Shown here piece by piece: positions 36,601-44,180 of a stretch of DNA of 44,180 bases; the stretch's first letter is position 1, and the number at the start of each line of letters is the position of its first letter. The DNA comes from a virus. Its lineage: Duplodnaviria; Caudoviricetes. The stretch lies in IMG/VR virus record IMGVR_UViG_3300025676_000033, positions 1 to 44,180 of that record; one strand, given 5' to 3'. A model generated the notes under the pieces. That model was not told the origin of the DNA and searched no databases. It worked only from the letters and a program-made list of their open reading frames with translations. The translations under genes were made by a program, and so were the position numbers.

Positions 36601-37135
36601 TGTGTCTTACAATCCAAGAATTAGTACCATCTAAATTTTTTACCAGTAACATATCAGGTGCAACTCCCAGTCCGTGACCTATACTTGCTGATGAGCCATT
36701 ACCGTCCCAAGTAGCTATTGAAAACCCTGCATCTGTGTTTGCTTGTACTGTACTTGTAATCGTTCCATCAGTATTGCTGCTTGTAGTTCCTCCGTTTGCT
36801 TTAAAACACCAAGCTACATACGTGTCGTTAGTATCATTAACAGATTGTTGTGCACCTAAATTAAATCCTGTAGATGTAAAAGCTGTTAACCCTGTGCTTT
36901 CTGTATCTTCTGCATATTGTAGTGATGAGTATAATATTTTTGTTGCTCCCCTTGTGCTATCTAAAAGTCTATGATGATTATTAGCATTTCTTTGCTTAAT
37001 CCATACAAAATCTGGCTTAAACCCTACGTTGATACTTTGAGTTCCACCATTACCTGTATAAGTAACTACCTTAAAGTTTTCACTCGCTACAAATGGAGCG
37101 GGTTGAGAAGACATTAATCTTTTATTTAAACTCAT
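33665..37135 (-). CDS. Tail fibre tip/adhesin: YTGNG/FKPDFVWIK repeats + LamG-like domain + glycine-rich C-terminal domain
   Basis: Repeated YTGNG and GF.PD..WIK.R motifs. LamG-like FSMSFW...WHHIVF...YVDG...GQIDQLRFY. C-terminal GGSGVVILR Gly-rich domain. Confidence 0.8.
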   Translation of the reverse strand: MSLNKRLMSSQPAPFVASENFKVVTYTGNGGTQSINVGFKPDFVWIKQRNANNHHRLLDSTRGATKILYSSLQYAEDTESTGLTAFTSTGFNLGAQQSVNDTNDTYVAWCFKANGGTTSSNTDGTITSTVQANTDAGFSIATWDGNGSSASIGHGLGVAPDMLLVKNLDGTNSWIVRHKDFNGYLSLEQSAAGSSSDVFGTAPDTTKYYFNTAAGGNGYLSGNTYVGYFFAGIDGFSKFGSYTGNGSDNGPIVETGFEPAFLMFKRTDSASAWVMIDNARDPSNPRLKYLMAQGLNSEASDLNGVDFLANGFQIKDDYADWNTSGSPYIYMAFAADPDTEAPTLADSFAVKTYTGNGGTQSITGLGFKPNLVWLKNRTDVVGNRIIDNIWGPNYYLETDTTAAKTGAGTAGLTSFDSDGFSLGLGNAHNGNGDALVAWAWKADDNEPTLFGGNARAVYKFEDNANDVRGNYNGTTSNITYTTGKFNKAAVFVESNSSEINFNNSLHGSTFSMSFWLKATDMGAGTSATAYSLYSAWIDANNYFRPVLYGDGKLLLLTKYAGTFKSNTTAAGLITENTWHHIVFNFTPTDTKAYVDGVNVGTFPTYDSISFTSKALGTDRGTPDFTGQIDQLRFYDAALIQENVTALYEETAADNDDLTFGAPGETIISANANAGFSIVKYEGDGVSGKQVPHGLSAAPEMIISKRLDSTNNWSVYHKDLSLSHSTYPNWLYLNLTSSEQNSVSSANHPYYVRPSATVIYQNTGTSESTNVSGGDYISYCFHSVSGYSKIGSYTGTGTTNSITGLGFQPDWLMIKRATGGSSNGWVICDSVRGVGVNLRADTTGAEADESAYTTSFDSDGFTLAQAGGNTNVSGSTYIYMAFKINQTGIMSWLVIAGGASGGRDDDRSGGGGGAGGLRTSYGSTSGGGAVAESDITLAAGTYTITVGDGGTAVSSLDGYGNDGGDSSIAATGLTTITSTGGGGGGRNQTGRDGGSGGGGAHGSQAGGGGTANQGFDGGQGIGESTYNGGGGGGASAAGSNSSSSAGGAGGAGLAISITGSSATYAGGGGGGGGGTAGSGGSGGGGAGSTTTATAGTANTGSGGGGAQGTSGAGGSGVVILRLLTSEYSGSTTGSPTVTTSGSDTILKFTSSGTYVHS

Positions 37136-37139
37136 TTAA

Positions 37140-37619
37140 TTAAATATTAGGAAAATCGTATAATACTACTTCTTTTTTTTCTGGTAAAGCATTTATTTCT
37201 GTTTCAACAGTTGCTGATTGTGTTCTTAAACTTGTTCTTGCTGTTTGCACATCACTTGGAATTGCATCGTTGTTATCTGTTTTTCTAATAACATACCAAT
37301 CCGTTTCAGCTAATTTAGAATTGACTATTGATTTAAAATGGTTTATTCTTCTTGTTTTTAATTCACCTAAAGTTTCAGTCCATGTTTTATCAACTAAATC
37401 TTTTCTAAATACAGTGTTTGGTGAATCAAAATATATTTCGCCCAGTGTATGAACTCTTTCATCATAGTCATCACTTATTACAACATCAAACATTCCTGCA
37501 TTCTTTAACTTTTCTGCTGACATTTTGGTTGCATTCATATGCACACCTGTAGAAGAGTGAAAAGAATCTGGCACTGAAGCGTATACTTTTATTTTTCCGT
37601 TATTATTTACTGCTTTCAT
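37140..37619 (-). CDS. Tail fibre assembly chaperone-like protein
   Basis: LAETDWYVIRK...RTSLR motif resembles tail-fibre chaperones; lies between fibre genes. Confidence 0.65.
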   Translation of the reverse strand: MKAVNNNGKIKVYASVPDSFHSSTGVHMNATKMSAEKLKNAGMFDVVISDDYDERVHTLGEIYFDSPNTVFRKDLVDKTWTETLGELKTRRINHFKSIVNSKLAETDWYVIRKTDNNDAIPSDVQTARTSLRTQSATVETEINALPEKKEVVLYDFPNI

Positions 37620-37629
37620 ATATTATTTA

Positions 37630-38925
37630 TTATGGTGTTGTATCTGACGCTATAGGCGCAACTGAATAGTAGAATATTTCACTTGAAGCATCATCTGCAA
37701 CAACAATCTGTATTAAATTAGTTGTAGAGCCGTCGTAATTAACTGTTCCTATTTTATTAAATGTAGCGCCTGACATTGCAAGTGTTAACGCGTAGTTACC
37801 CGCAACTATAAGATCGACTACCTGCCCTTGTTTAGGGTTTGTTATTGTAAAGGTAGCATCCCCATTCATGGTCGCTGTAAAAGTTGTAGCAGTTGCAAAA
37901 TCTAATGTTTGATTTGTTCCTGTACCTTTAGCAACTAATGTTGTATATCTTGGTTCTAATTTAGCGTGCGTAACATTATCATCAACTATAGAAGCGGTTA
38001 CTACTGCATTCGCTGCTAACTCATCTGCTCCCACTGCGTCATCAGCTAAATGCGCATTATCAATTGAGCCGTCTGTATAATGCTCTGAATCAATTGCATT
38101 ATCAGCAATTTTAGCTCCTGTAATCGCGTCTGCAGCTATATATGTAGAGGCAATTGCCGTTCCTTGCCAAACACCAGTACTGATTGTACCAACGCCTGTT
38201 ATATTTGTTTGTGATGCTGTACTTAACGTTCCAACAAAAGCGGTTGATGTAATCGATGTAGCGCCTGTTATAACACCAGCATCTACACTAATTGTACCAT
38301 CTAATAATATTACTGAACCTGCTGCTGGTTCTAAGTTAATAGCTCCTCCGGAATCTAACGTTATTGTTGAACCAATTGCCTCAAAAGTTCCATCTGCTGT
38401 AATTGTAATATTAGCAGCTGCGGCTGCGGCATCTGTTGTTGTTATATCTAATGTACCATTTGTACCAGCTGTTAATGTTGCTGTATCACTTGCAGAACCA
38501 GTCATTGTTATGACTTTACCATTTATAGCAACATCATCTACTGTTAAAGCAGTTAATGTCCCAAGTGATGTAATATTAGTTTGTGCTGCCGCTAATGTTG
38601 CTGCTCCACCTGCCGCTAAAGTAACATCACCGCTTATATTACCAAATATTGCATCTTCTAAATTAGAAGCTGTCATTGATTTAAGATTACCTGAATCTGA
38701 TGTATCTGATAGTATTACAAGATCGTCTTGTGCAAAGTCAGTTATAGCCGCTGCAAGTGAATCACCATCAAGCTTATCCATATCTATAGCTGCTCCAGAT
38801 GCTATTGATGCATTAACTACTGCGTTTGCCGCTAACTCATCTGCACCTACCGCGTCGTCTGCAAGCTTTGCTTGTGTTATTGAATTATCCGCTAATACGT
38901 TAGCTGTTACTTTTGTTGTTGCCAT
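37630..38925 (-). CDS. Tail fibre protein (shaft repeats)
   Basis: 10-aa (I/L)A.DA(V/I)T.AK repeats, SEHYTDGSID and GVWQGTAIA; C-terminal domain paralogous to that of 40270..43653. Confidence 0.75.
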   Translation of the reverse strand: MATTKVTANVLADNSITQAKLADDAVGADELAANAVVNASIASGAAIDMDKLDGDSLAAAITDFAQDDLVILSDTSDSGNLKSMTASNLEDAIFGNISGDVTLAAGGAATLAAAQTNITSLGTLTALTVDDVAINGKVITMTGSASDTATLTAGTNGTLDITTTDAAAAAANITITADGTFEAIGSTITLDSGGAINLEPAAGSVILLDGTISVDAGVITGATSITSTAFVGTLSTASQTNITGVGTISTGVWQGTAIASTYIAADAITGAKIADNAIDSEHYTDGSIDNAHLADDAVGADELAANAVVTASIVDDNVTHAKLEPRYTTLVAKGTGTNQTLDFATATTFTATMNGDATFTITNPKQGQVVDLIVAGNYALTLAMSGATFNKIGTVNYDGSTTNLIQIVVADDASSEIFYYSVAPIASDTTP

Positions 38926-38936
38926 TTATTAATTAT

Positions 38937-39311
38937 TTATACTGTTAATTCAACTACTTTCCATTCTTGGTTTTCTTCATTCCAAGCATATATTTTATCT
39001 TCTGATGCATCTTCAGGATATGGTATTGGTGCTTCCCACTTATAATCTTCATCTAATAACCAACTTGCAAATGGTTGTGGTGCATAAAAAGCATCGTTTT
39101 CACTATCCCAAGTATAACCTACTCCTGCAAAATTATATCTAATGTTTCCATTATAAGATGTTTGAACCCAATTTCTGTGACCATATAGTCCTTCACAAAA
39201 ATCTATACCTTTTGATTCAGATTCTTGATCACCATCTAATAATTCATTATTATGTATTACAATTACTTTTGTTACTATATTATTTTCATTTATTTCTGCG
39301 AAATGTGCCAT
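38937..39311 (-). CDS. Small fibre-associated protein (MAHFAE... type)
   Basis: MAHFAEI, WVQTSYNGNIRYNFAGVGYTWD and WEAPIPYP. This type commonly follows Gly-rich tail genes. Confidence 0.7.
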   Translation of the reverse strand: MAHFAEINENNIVTKVIVIHNNELLDGDQESESKGIDFCEGLYGHRNWVQTSYNGNIRYNFAGVGYTWDSENDAFYAPQPFASWLLDEDYKWEAPIPYPEDASEDKIYAWNEENQEWKVVELTV

Positions 39312-39331
39312 ATTAATTATTTTTTTAGTTA

Positions 39332-40270
39332 TTACGCATGTACGTATGTACCACTACCTGTAAATTTTAATATCGTATCACTACCTGATGTTGTCACCGT
39401 AGGGCTTCCAGTTGTTGTTCCTGTATATAAATCTGTCGGCATTCTTAATATAACAACACCAGAGCCCCCTGATCCTGCGGTTCCAGCACTTGTTCCACCA
39501 CCACCACCACCGCCAGCTGCTCCTGTGTTAGCTGTACCTGATGAAGCGTTACCTCCAGCAGCACCACCTGTTGATCCTGATGTCATATTTGATGTTCCTC
39601 CAGCACCCCCTGTTGTAGCACCACCCCCACCACCACCAGCGTAGGTAACAGAAGAACCAGTTATTGTATTTGTAATAGCATTACCTCCAGCACCTCCATT
39701 TGCATTTGAAATATTTGCACCTATTCCTCCAGCACCACCACCACCAGCACTTGACCTCGCTGTAGCAGAACTTCCAGTATTACCTGAAGCATAACCTTGA
39801 CCAGTTGTACCTGCACTAAATACATTGCCACCAGCTGAATCTGTTGCATAAGCACCACCAGAACCATAAGTCCCATTTCCACCATTTCCGGGACCACCTA
39901 ATCTTGAACCTGCTCTACCTCCTTTTAAAGATGTGATGGTAGTAATATTTGTTCCTGCTAAAGATGTATCATTCCCATCATTACCTGTTGCGTAAAATCC
40001 AGTATTTGTTGGAGCTGTTGCACCTGCCCCTATTGTAACAGTAATTGTGCCTTCAAAATTTGTGATATCAGTTTCTGCACCTGCACCACCTCCTGAATTA
40101 CTGTATGACGACCTAAACCCACCTGCACCACCTCCTGCTCCACCAATACCTCCGTGACCGTCAGCATAACCACCTGATCCTGATCCTCCTCCTGCAATTA
40201 CTAGCCAGTCCATTGTTACTGGCGATACACCTGCTGCTAATGCTCCGAAATTTATACCTTGTCCAAACAT
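39332..40270 (-). CDS. Glycine-rich tail fibre tip protein
   Basis: Likely start MFGQGINF at 40270 (TAATG overlap with the upstream stop). WLVIAGGG...GGSGVVILR domain. Confidence 0.8.
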   Translation of the reverse strand: MFGQGINFGALAAGVSPVTMDWLVIAGGGSGSGGYADGHGGIGGAGGGAGGFRSSYSNSGGGAGAETDITNFEGTITVTIGAGATAPTNTGFYATGNDGNDTSLAGTNITTITSLKGGRAGSRLGGPGNGGNGTYGSGGAYATDSAGGNVFSAGTTGQGYASGNTGSSATARSSAGGGGAGGIGANISNANGGAGGNAITNTITGSSVTYAGGGGGGATTGGAGGTSNMTSGSTGGAAGGNASSGTANTGAAGGGGGGGTSAGTAGSGGSGVVILRMPTDLYTGTTTGSPTVTTSGSDTILKFTGSGTYVHA

Positions 40271-43200
40271 TAACTTGCTATTTGATTTATTGCATACCAA
40301 AACTCTGTAGCAGCAACACATGTTATTGAAATTAAATTCTTTTTACTTGAAGTGTCATCATAATCACCTGCTATTTTATTAAATGTACCTGAACTACCAC
40401 CTACTTGAAAAGCTAAAGTTCTACTTCCTCCTGATCCAGTCATTATTACTGTTTTAGTAACACCAATTTTTGGGTTTGTTATATTTAATGTTGTATTTGC
40501 ATTTGGTGTAAGTGTAAATACTTGTGCTGCATCGAAATCTACAGCCACTGTACTTGCTGCACTTAAAGCATCAACCGTTGTAAATTCATCATCAATTTTT
40601 TCATAGTTCACTGCATTATCTGCAATATGTGCTGTATCTATAGAGCCATCTGCATAGTGTTCTGAGTCTATCGCATCATCTGCTATTTTTGCTCCTGTAA
40701 CTGCATCAGCATTTATTTTCGCTGTAGTTACTGCGTTATCAGCTATTTCTGCTGCAACTATAGTACCATCTGCAATCTTAGCCGCTGTAATTGATCCATC
40801 TGCTAAATGAGCAGTATCAATACTACCGTCAGTATAGTGTTCTGAGTCTAATGCGTCATCTGCTATTTTTGCTCCTGTAATTGCGTCTGCAGCAATTTTC
40901 CCAGTTGTTACATTTAAATCTGCTATGTGAGCAGTATCAATTGAACCATCAGTATAATGCTCAGAGTTAATTGCGTTGTCTGCAATCTTAGCTCCAGTTA
41001 TTGCGTCTGCTGCAATATATGTACTTGCTATAGCTGTTCCCTGCCAAACTCCGGTTCCAATTGTTCCCACGGTAGCAATACTCGAATGTCCCGCAACAGG
41101 GCTATAAATAGAACCTATAGCAGTACCACCAATTGTAATTGCATCAGCCTCTACAGTTCCATCAAAATATGCGTCTTTAAATTCTAAAGCATCAGTTCCT
41201 AAATCAACTATTGCGTTTGTTCCAGGAGTAAGTGCTCCGTCAGTTAATATCAATTGCTTTTCATTTCCAGCATAGAAGTTTATAGTATCAGCTGTTTCGA
41301 AATCAATCTTAGTTTGGTCATCTTCTCCTATTTTAATATCTGTAGCTAATAATGAAGTAATACCTGTTTGAGCTGCATCTATATTAATAACAGAACTTGC
41401 CGCTGTTAATCCTGTTCCAGCAAATAATGTTGCAACATCTGCAATAGCTTCTTTAGCATGTGTTCCTGTTGCTCCTCCATCTAAGAATAAGATATAATCT
41501 CCATTTGCAATTGCTGCTTCTCCTGCCTCTGTTAAATCTACATTAAATGTTACACTTCCTGTAGCTCCACTAACATCCATTAATGTTCCAGCTACTGCTG
41601 CTTGTACCATATCACTATTACTAACGCTTATCATATGATATGCTTCAACTTTAGAGCCATTTGGCACATTAGTATCAAAAGTCAATGTAGTTCCTGATAC
41701 CGCATATGTATTGTGATGTTGAAAAACACCATCCATATATACAAGTAAATTATTTTCACTAGTACAAGTTGTACTTAATGTATAAGCCGTTGTACTCCCG
41801 TTCCCAGTATATTCATCTACTTCAACTGTATTAGCCCCAGCATTTATTGTTATTGTGTCAGTACTTGCGTTAGTAGTTATAGTTGTTCCTGTTCCTGCTA
41901 CAAGTGTTAATGTATCTGCTATTCCGTCTGCTACTACATCAGATTGTCCTGATACTGATATTGTTTTAAATACATCTCCACCAGCAAGTCCCCAAGTTAA
42001 ATTTCCAGAACCATCTGTCTTAAGTGCAGTGCCACTTGCACCATCAGCGGAAGGTAATACCCATATTTGATCTGCTGATAAAGCCGGAGCTTCGAATCCA
42101 ACATAGTTAGCTGCTTCATAAAATCTTAATTCTTTATTTGATCCATCTAACGAAAGATTATCATTAATAGTAACTGCTCCATTAACATCCAATCCGGTTA
42201 ATGTTCCAAGTGAAGTAATATTAGTTTGTGCTGCGGTAGTTACTGTAGCTGCAGTACCAGATGTATTACCTGTTACATTACCTGTTACATTACCCTCTAT
42301 ATTTGCTACTAAAGTATCTACTGCATATCCTGTACCACTTGTATTAACCGTTGTAGTTGGTGCAGCTTGCAGACTTTTAAATAATTTCCATTTACCACTA
42401 TCACTTGCATCTCTAAATAATCCTGCATATAAATCCTGTGAACCAGATGTATCATATAATCCATATAATCCTAAATCCACAGCATCTGAAGAATTATTAC
42501 CACTTCCTACAATTATAAGCGGATCTTCTACACTCAGCGTTGCTGTATTTACAGTAGTTGTATCCCCTGATACTGTTAAATCACCTGTTATTGATAAATT
42601 TCCACCTACTGTAACATTACCTGTTGTAGTAACAGTATCTATATATGAATCTTTAAAGTATAAACTAGAAGTTCCTAAATCAACATCACTATCTGTAGTT
42701 GGTTTTAAAACCCCGTCATCTAATTGTATTTGTGATGTTCCATCAATATCAAAAATTATACTATTATCAGTACTAAAATCTATATTTGCATGTGAGGAAC
42801 CATATCCTACGACAAGACTTGAATTTAATATAGATGTTTGTGAGGTTAATGTAGTGTCTATGTATGCTGTATCAATAGCAGTACCTTGCCATACACCCGT
42901 TGCAATAGTACCAAGTATTGTAATACCAGTACTTGAACCAACATCTAAGTGAGTAGCACTTCCGCTGCCATCAGCAATTACTATATAACCATCAGTTTCT
43001 CCACTTAATCCAGTACCACCATAATCTATTCCTACTAGACTAGCTTGCCAAGTACCTGTAGTAATTGTACCAACACCTGTAATTTGTGTTTGTGATGCGT
43101 CTATACCTATAACTGAATTAGACGCCGTTAATCCTGTTCCTGCGAATAATGTAGCTATATCAGCTAATGCATCTTTTTTAGTTTCAGAAGAAGCCGATGC

Positions 43201-43653
43201 ATCTAAGAAAAGCAAATAATCACCATTAGCTATAGCGCTTTCTGTTGCAGTCCAAGTAGGAGTTGCAATACTAGGCGATGTTAATGTTTTGTTTGTTAAG
43301 GTATCAGTTGTTGCTCTACCTACTAAAGTGTCTGAAGATGTTGGTAAAGTAATTGTACCTGAATTTGATATTGTTGAAATTACAGGTGTTGTAAGAGTTT
43401 TATTAGTAAGTGTTTGTGTACCGGTTAATGTTACAACTGTACTGTCTATTGTAAGAGTTGCTGCCCCTGATGTCGCACCACCTGATAATCCTGTTCCTGC
43501 AATAACTGCAGTTATATCAGCTCCCTCTAAAAGAGCGGTTTTTATAGCAGACATTGTGTACCTTTTGGTTGTACCATCTGCTGCATTAACTCCTAATAAA
43601 CTGTCTGTATCAGTTATACTGGAATCTAGCGAATACGAATCTATTTTAGGCAT
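40270..43653 (-). CDS. Long tail fibre protein
   Basis: TQTLTNKTLT repeats, AGTGL motifs, IADDAI..EHY.DGSIDTAH repeats; T/G/A/S/D-rich. Confidence 0.8.
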   Translation of the reverse strand: MPKIDSYSLDSSITDTDSLLGVNAADGTTKRYTMSAIKTALLEGADITAVIAGTGLSGGATSGAATLTIDSTVVTLTGTQTLTNKTLTTPVISTISNSGTITLPTSSDTLVGRATTDTLTNKTLTSPSIATPTWTATESAIANGDYLLFLDASASSETKKDALADIATLFAGTGLTASNSVIGIDASQTQITGVGTITTGTWQASLVGIDYGGTGLSGETDGYIVIADGSGSATHLDVGSSTGITILGTIATGVWQGTAIDTAYIDTTLTSQTSILNSSLVVGYGSSHANIDFSTDNSIIFDIDGTSQIQLDDGVLKPTTDSDVDLGTSSLYFKDSYIDTVTTTGNVTVGGNLSITGDLTVSGDTTTVNTATLSVEDPLIIVGSGNNSSDAVDLGLYGLYDTSGSQDLYAGLFRDASDSGKWKLFKSLQAAPTTTVNTSGTGYAVDTLVANIEGNVTGNVTGNTSGTAATVTTAAQTNITSLGTLTGLDVNGAVTINDNLSLDGSNKELRFYEAANYVGFEAPALSADQIWVLPSADGASGTALKTDGSGNLTWGLAGGDVFKTISVSGQSDVVADGIADTLTLVAGTGTTITTNASTDTITINAGANTVEVDEYTGNGSTTAYTLSTTCTSENNLLVYMDGVFQHHNTYAVSGTTLTFDTNVPNGSKVEAYHMISVSNSDMVQAAVAGTLMDVSGATGSVTFNVDLTEAGEAAIANGDYILFLDGGATGTHAKEAIADVATLFAGTGLTAASSVINIDAAQTGITSLLATDIKIGEDDQTKIDFETADTINFYAGNEKQLILTDGALTPGTNAIVDLGTDALEFKDAYFDGTVEADAITIGGTAIGSIYSPVAGHSSIATVGTIGTGVWQGTAIASTYIAADAITGAKIADNAINSEHYTDGSIDTAHIADLNVTTGKIAADAITGAKIADDALDSEHYTDGSIDTAHLADGSITAAKIADGTIVAAEIADNAVTTAKINADAVTGAKIADDAIDSEHYADGSIDTAHIADNAVNYEKIDDEFTTVDALSAASTVAVDFDAAQVFTLTPNANTTLNITNPKIGVTKTVIMTGSGGSRTLAFQVGGSSGTFNKIAGDYDDTSSKKNLISITCVAATEFWYAINQIAS
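40590..41030 (-). repeat. Tandem 10/30-aa shaft repeats (IAADAITGAKIADNAINSEHYTDGSIDTAH)
   Basis: Three EHY.DGSIDTAH units plus further 10-aa units. A related copy lies at ~38030-38170. Confidence 0.85.
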
Positions 43654-43656
43654 TGT

Positions 43657-44115
43657 TTATTTGTTTTGTATTGTTTTAAATTTTTCTGCACCACGTGAGC
43701 CAAAGTAGGCTACATAAACAGTGATAAGTAATGATTTTAATAAATCAACCCATCCCCCATCAACTTCAAAGTCTAATCCGGTGGAGTCTATAAATATTAA
43801 TAAGACCATTGAAATAGTTAAGAAAACTAATGTTAATGGCCTTGTGTTTTTCGAAAGCCAGGAATCAGATCTCATATCCGCTTGCCATCTTTTTGATACT
43901 TCTTGCATTTCTACAGTATCTTGATGTAGCAGGGCTAATGCTTTTTCCTTGTCTTCAGCTGGTAGTGTGGGATCTTTCTTAATTAAATTTTTAACTAAGC
44001 CAAGTACACCTTTATCTGGCAAAACTTCACCGAGACTACCGATTATATTAGATCCAGCACCTGCTAAAAATTTACCAACCGCTGTGTCTTTTAATTTCTT
44101 TTTATTTTTTGACAT
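43657..44115 (-). CDS. Holin, 3TM (GTA-holin-like) family
   Basis: RWQADMRSDSWLSKNTRPL followed by TM helices and YFGSRGAEK. Confidence 0.8.
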   Translation of the reverse strand: MSKNKKKLKDTAVGKFLAGAGSNIIGSLGEVLPDKGVLGLVKNLIKKDPTLPAEDKEKALALLHQDTVEMQEVSKRWQADMRSDSWLSKNTRPLTLVFLTISMVLLIFIDSTGLDFEVDGGWVDLLKSLLITVYVAYFGSRGAEKFKTIQNK

Positions 44116-44179
44116 TTGCTTTTCTTCCGGCTCTTTTGCCTTTAAGTGATTTTGGTAAATCTTCTAATTGATTACCAAC
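44102..44179 (-). CDS. 3' end of an upstream gene (truncated by window)
   Basis: Open frame reading VGNQLEDLPKSLKGKRAGRKANVKK*, overlapping the holin start. Confidence 0.55.
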   Translation of the reverse strand, partial: VGNQLEDLPKSLKGKRAGRKANVKK

Positions 44180-44180
44180 C

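Noticed and set aside
33665-39480. Diversity-generating retroelement (TR/VR pair) in the duplicated Gly-rich C-termini
   Set aside because: Differences are mostly synonymous third-position changes rather than adenine-specific. Both copies are coding, and no reverse transcriptase is present in the window.
40271-40321. MCCCYRV... extension of the Gly-rich ORF, or a frameshift fusion to the fibre
   Set aside because: The TAATG overlap at 40268-40272 explains the junction as translational coupling, and no slippery site is evident.
1662-44149. Numerous + strand ORFs of 60-180 aa
   Set aside because: Antisense shadows of long - strand genes, with S/L/F/I-biased composition and no motifs.
1-44180. 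tRNAs, CRISPR arrays, integrase/IS elements, introns/inteins, alternative genetic code
   Set aside because: Intergenic gaps are too short, no spaced repeats or cloverleafs were seen, and the core genes are intact in the standard code.

Overview
AT-rich (~30% GC), gene-dense segment of a tailed dsDNA phage. It is most likely a podovirus-like phage of marine Bacteroidota (Flavobacteriia). This host call is inferred from SD-less A/T-rich leaders, a lipobox ORF, an FN3-like domain and gene types resembling marine Cellulophaga/uvMED-type phages. The + strand carries only the 3' end of a ribonucleotide reductase alpha gene and its terminator. Everything else is one - strand late operon. Read right to left, it encodes: a 3TM holin, two parallel tail-fibre cassettes, small proteins, a GroES-like protein, putative TerS, TerL, portal, scaffold, major capsid protein, tail ring/adaptor and nozzle proteins, a cupin, three ejection (internal virion) proteins, an M15 endolysin and a lipoprotein. 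Four signals stand out. (1) The 2809-aa ejection protein looks polyvalent: HExxH zincin, sigma-70 region-2-like segment, GreA/GreB C-terminal-like domain and a possible His-Me nuclease. The last three lie between two identical TKFSKT motifs, suggesting an injected, possibly self-processed host-RNAP takeover module. (2) A 188-codon +1-frame ORF with a lipoprotein-like signal overlaps a GC-shifted part of terL. (3) A perfect H-type pseudoknot sits just upstream of the scaffold gene. (4) A T7-gp17-N-like module is repeated five times in tail proteins. All domain calls come from motif recognition by eye; no searches were run.
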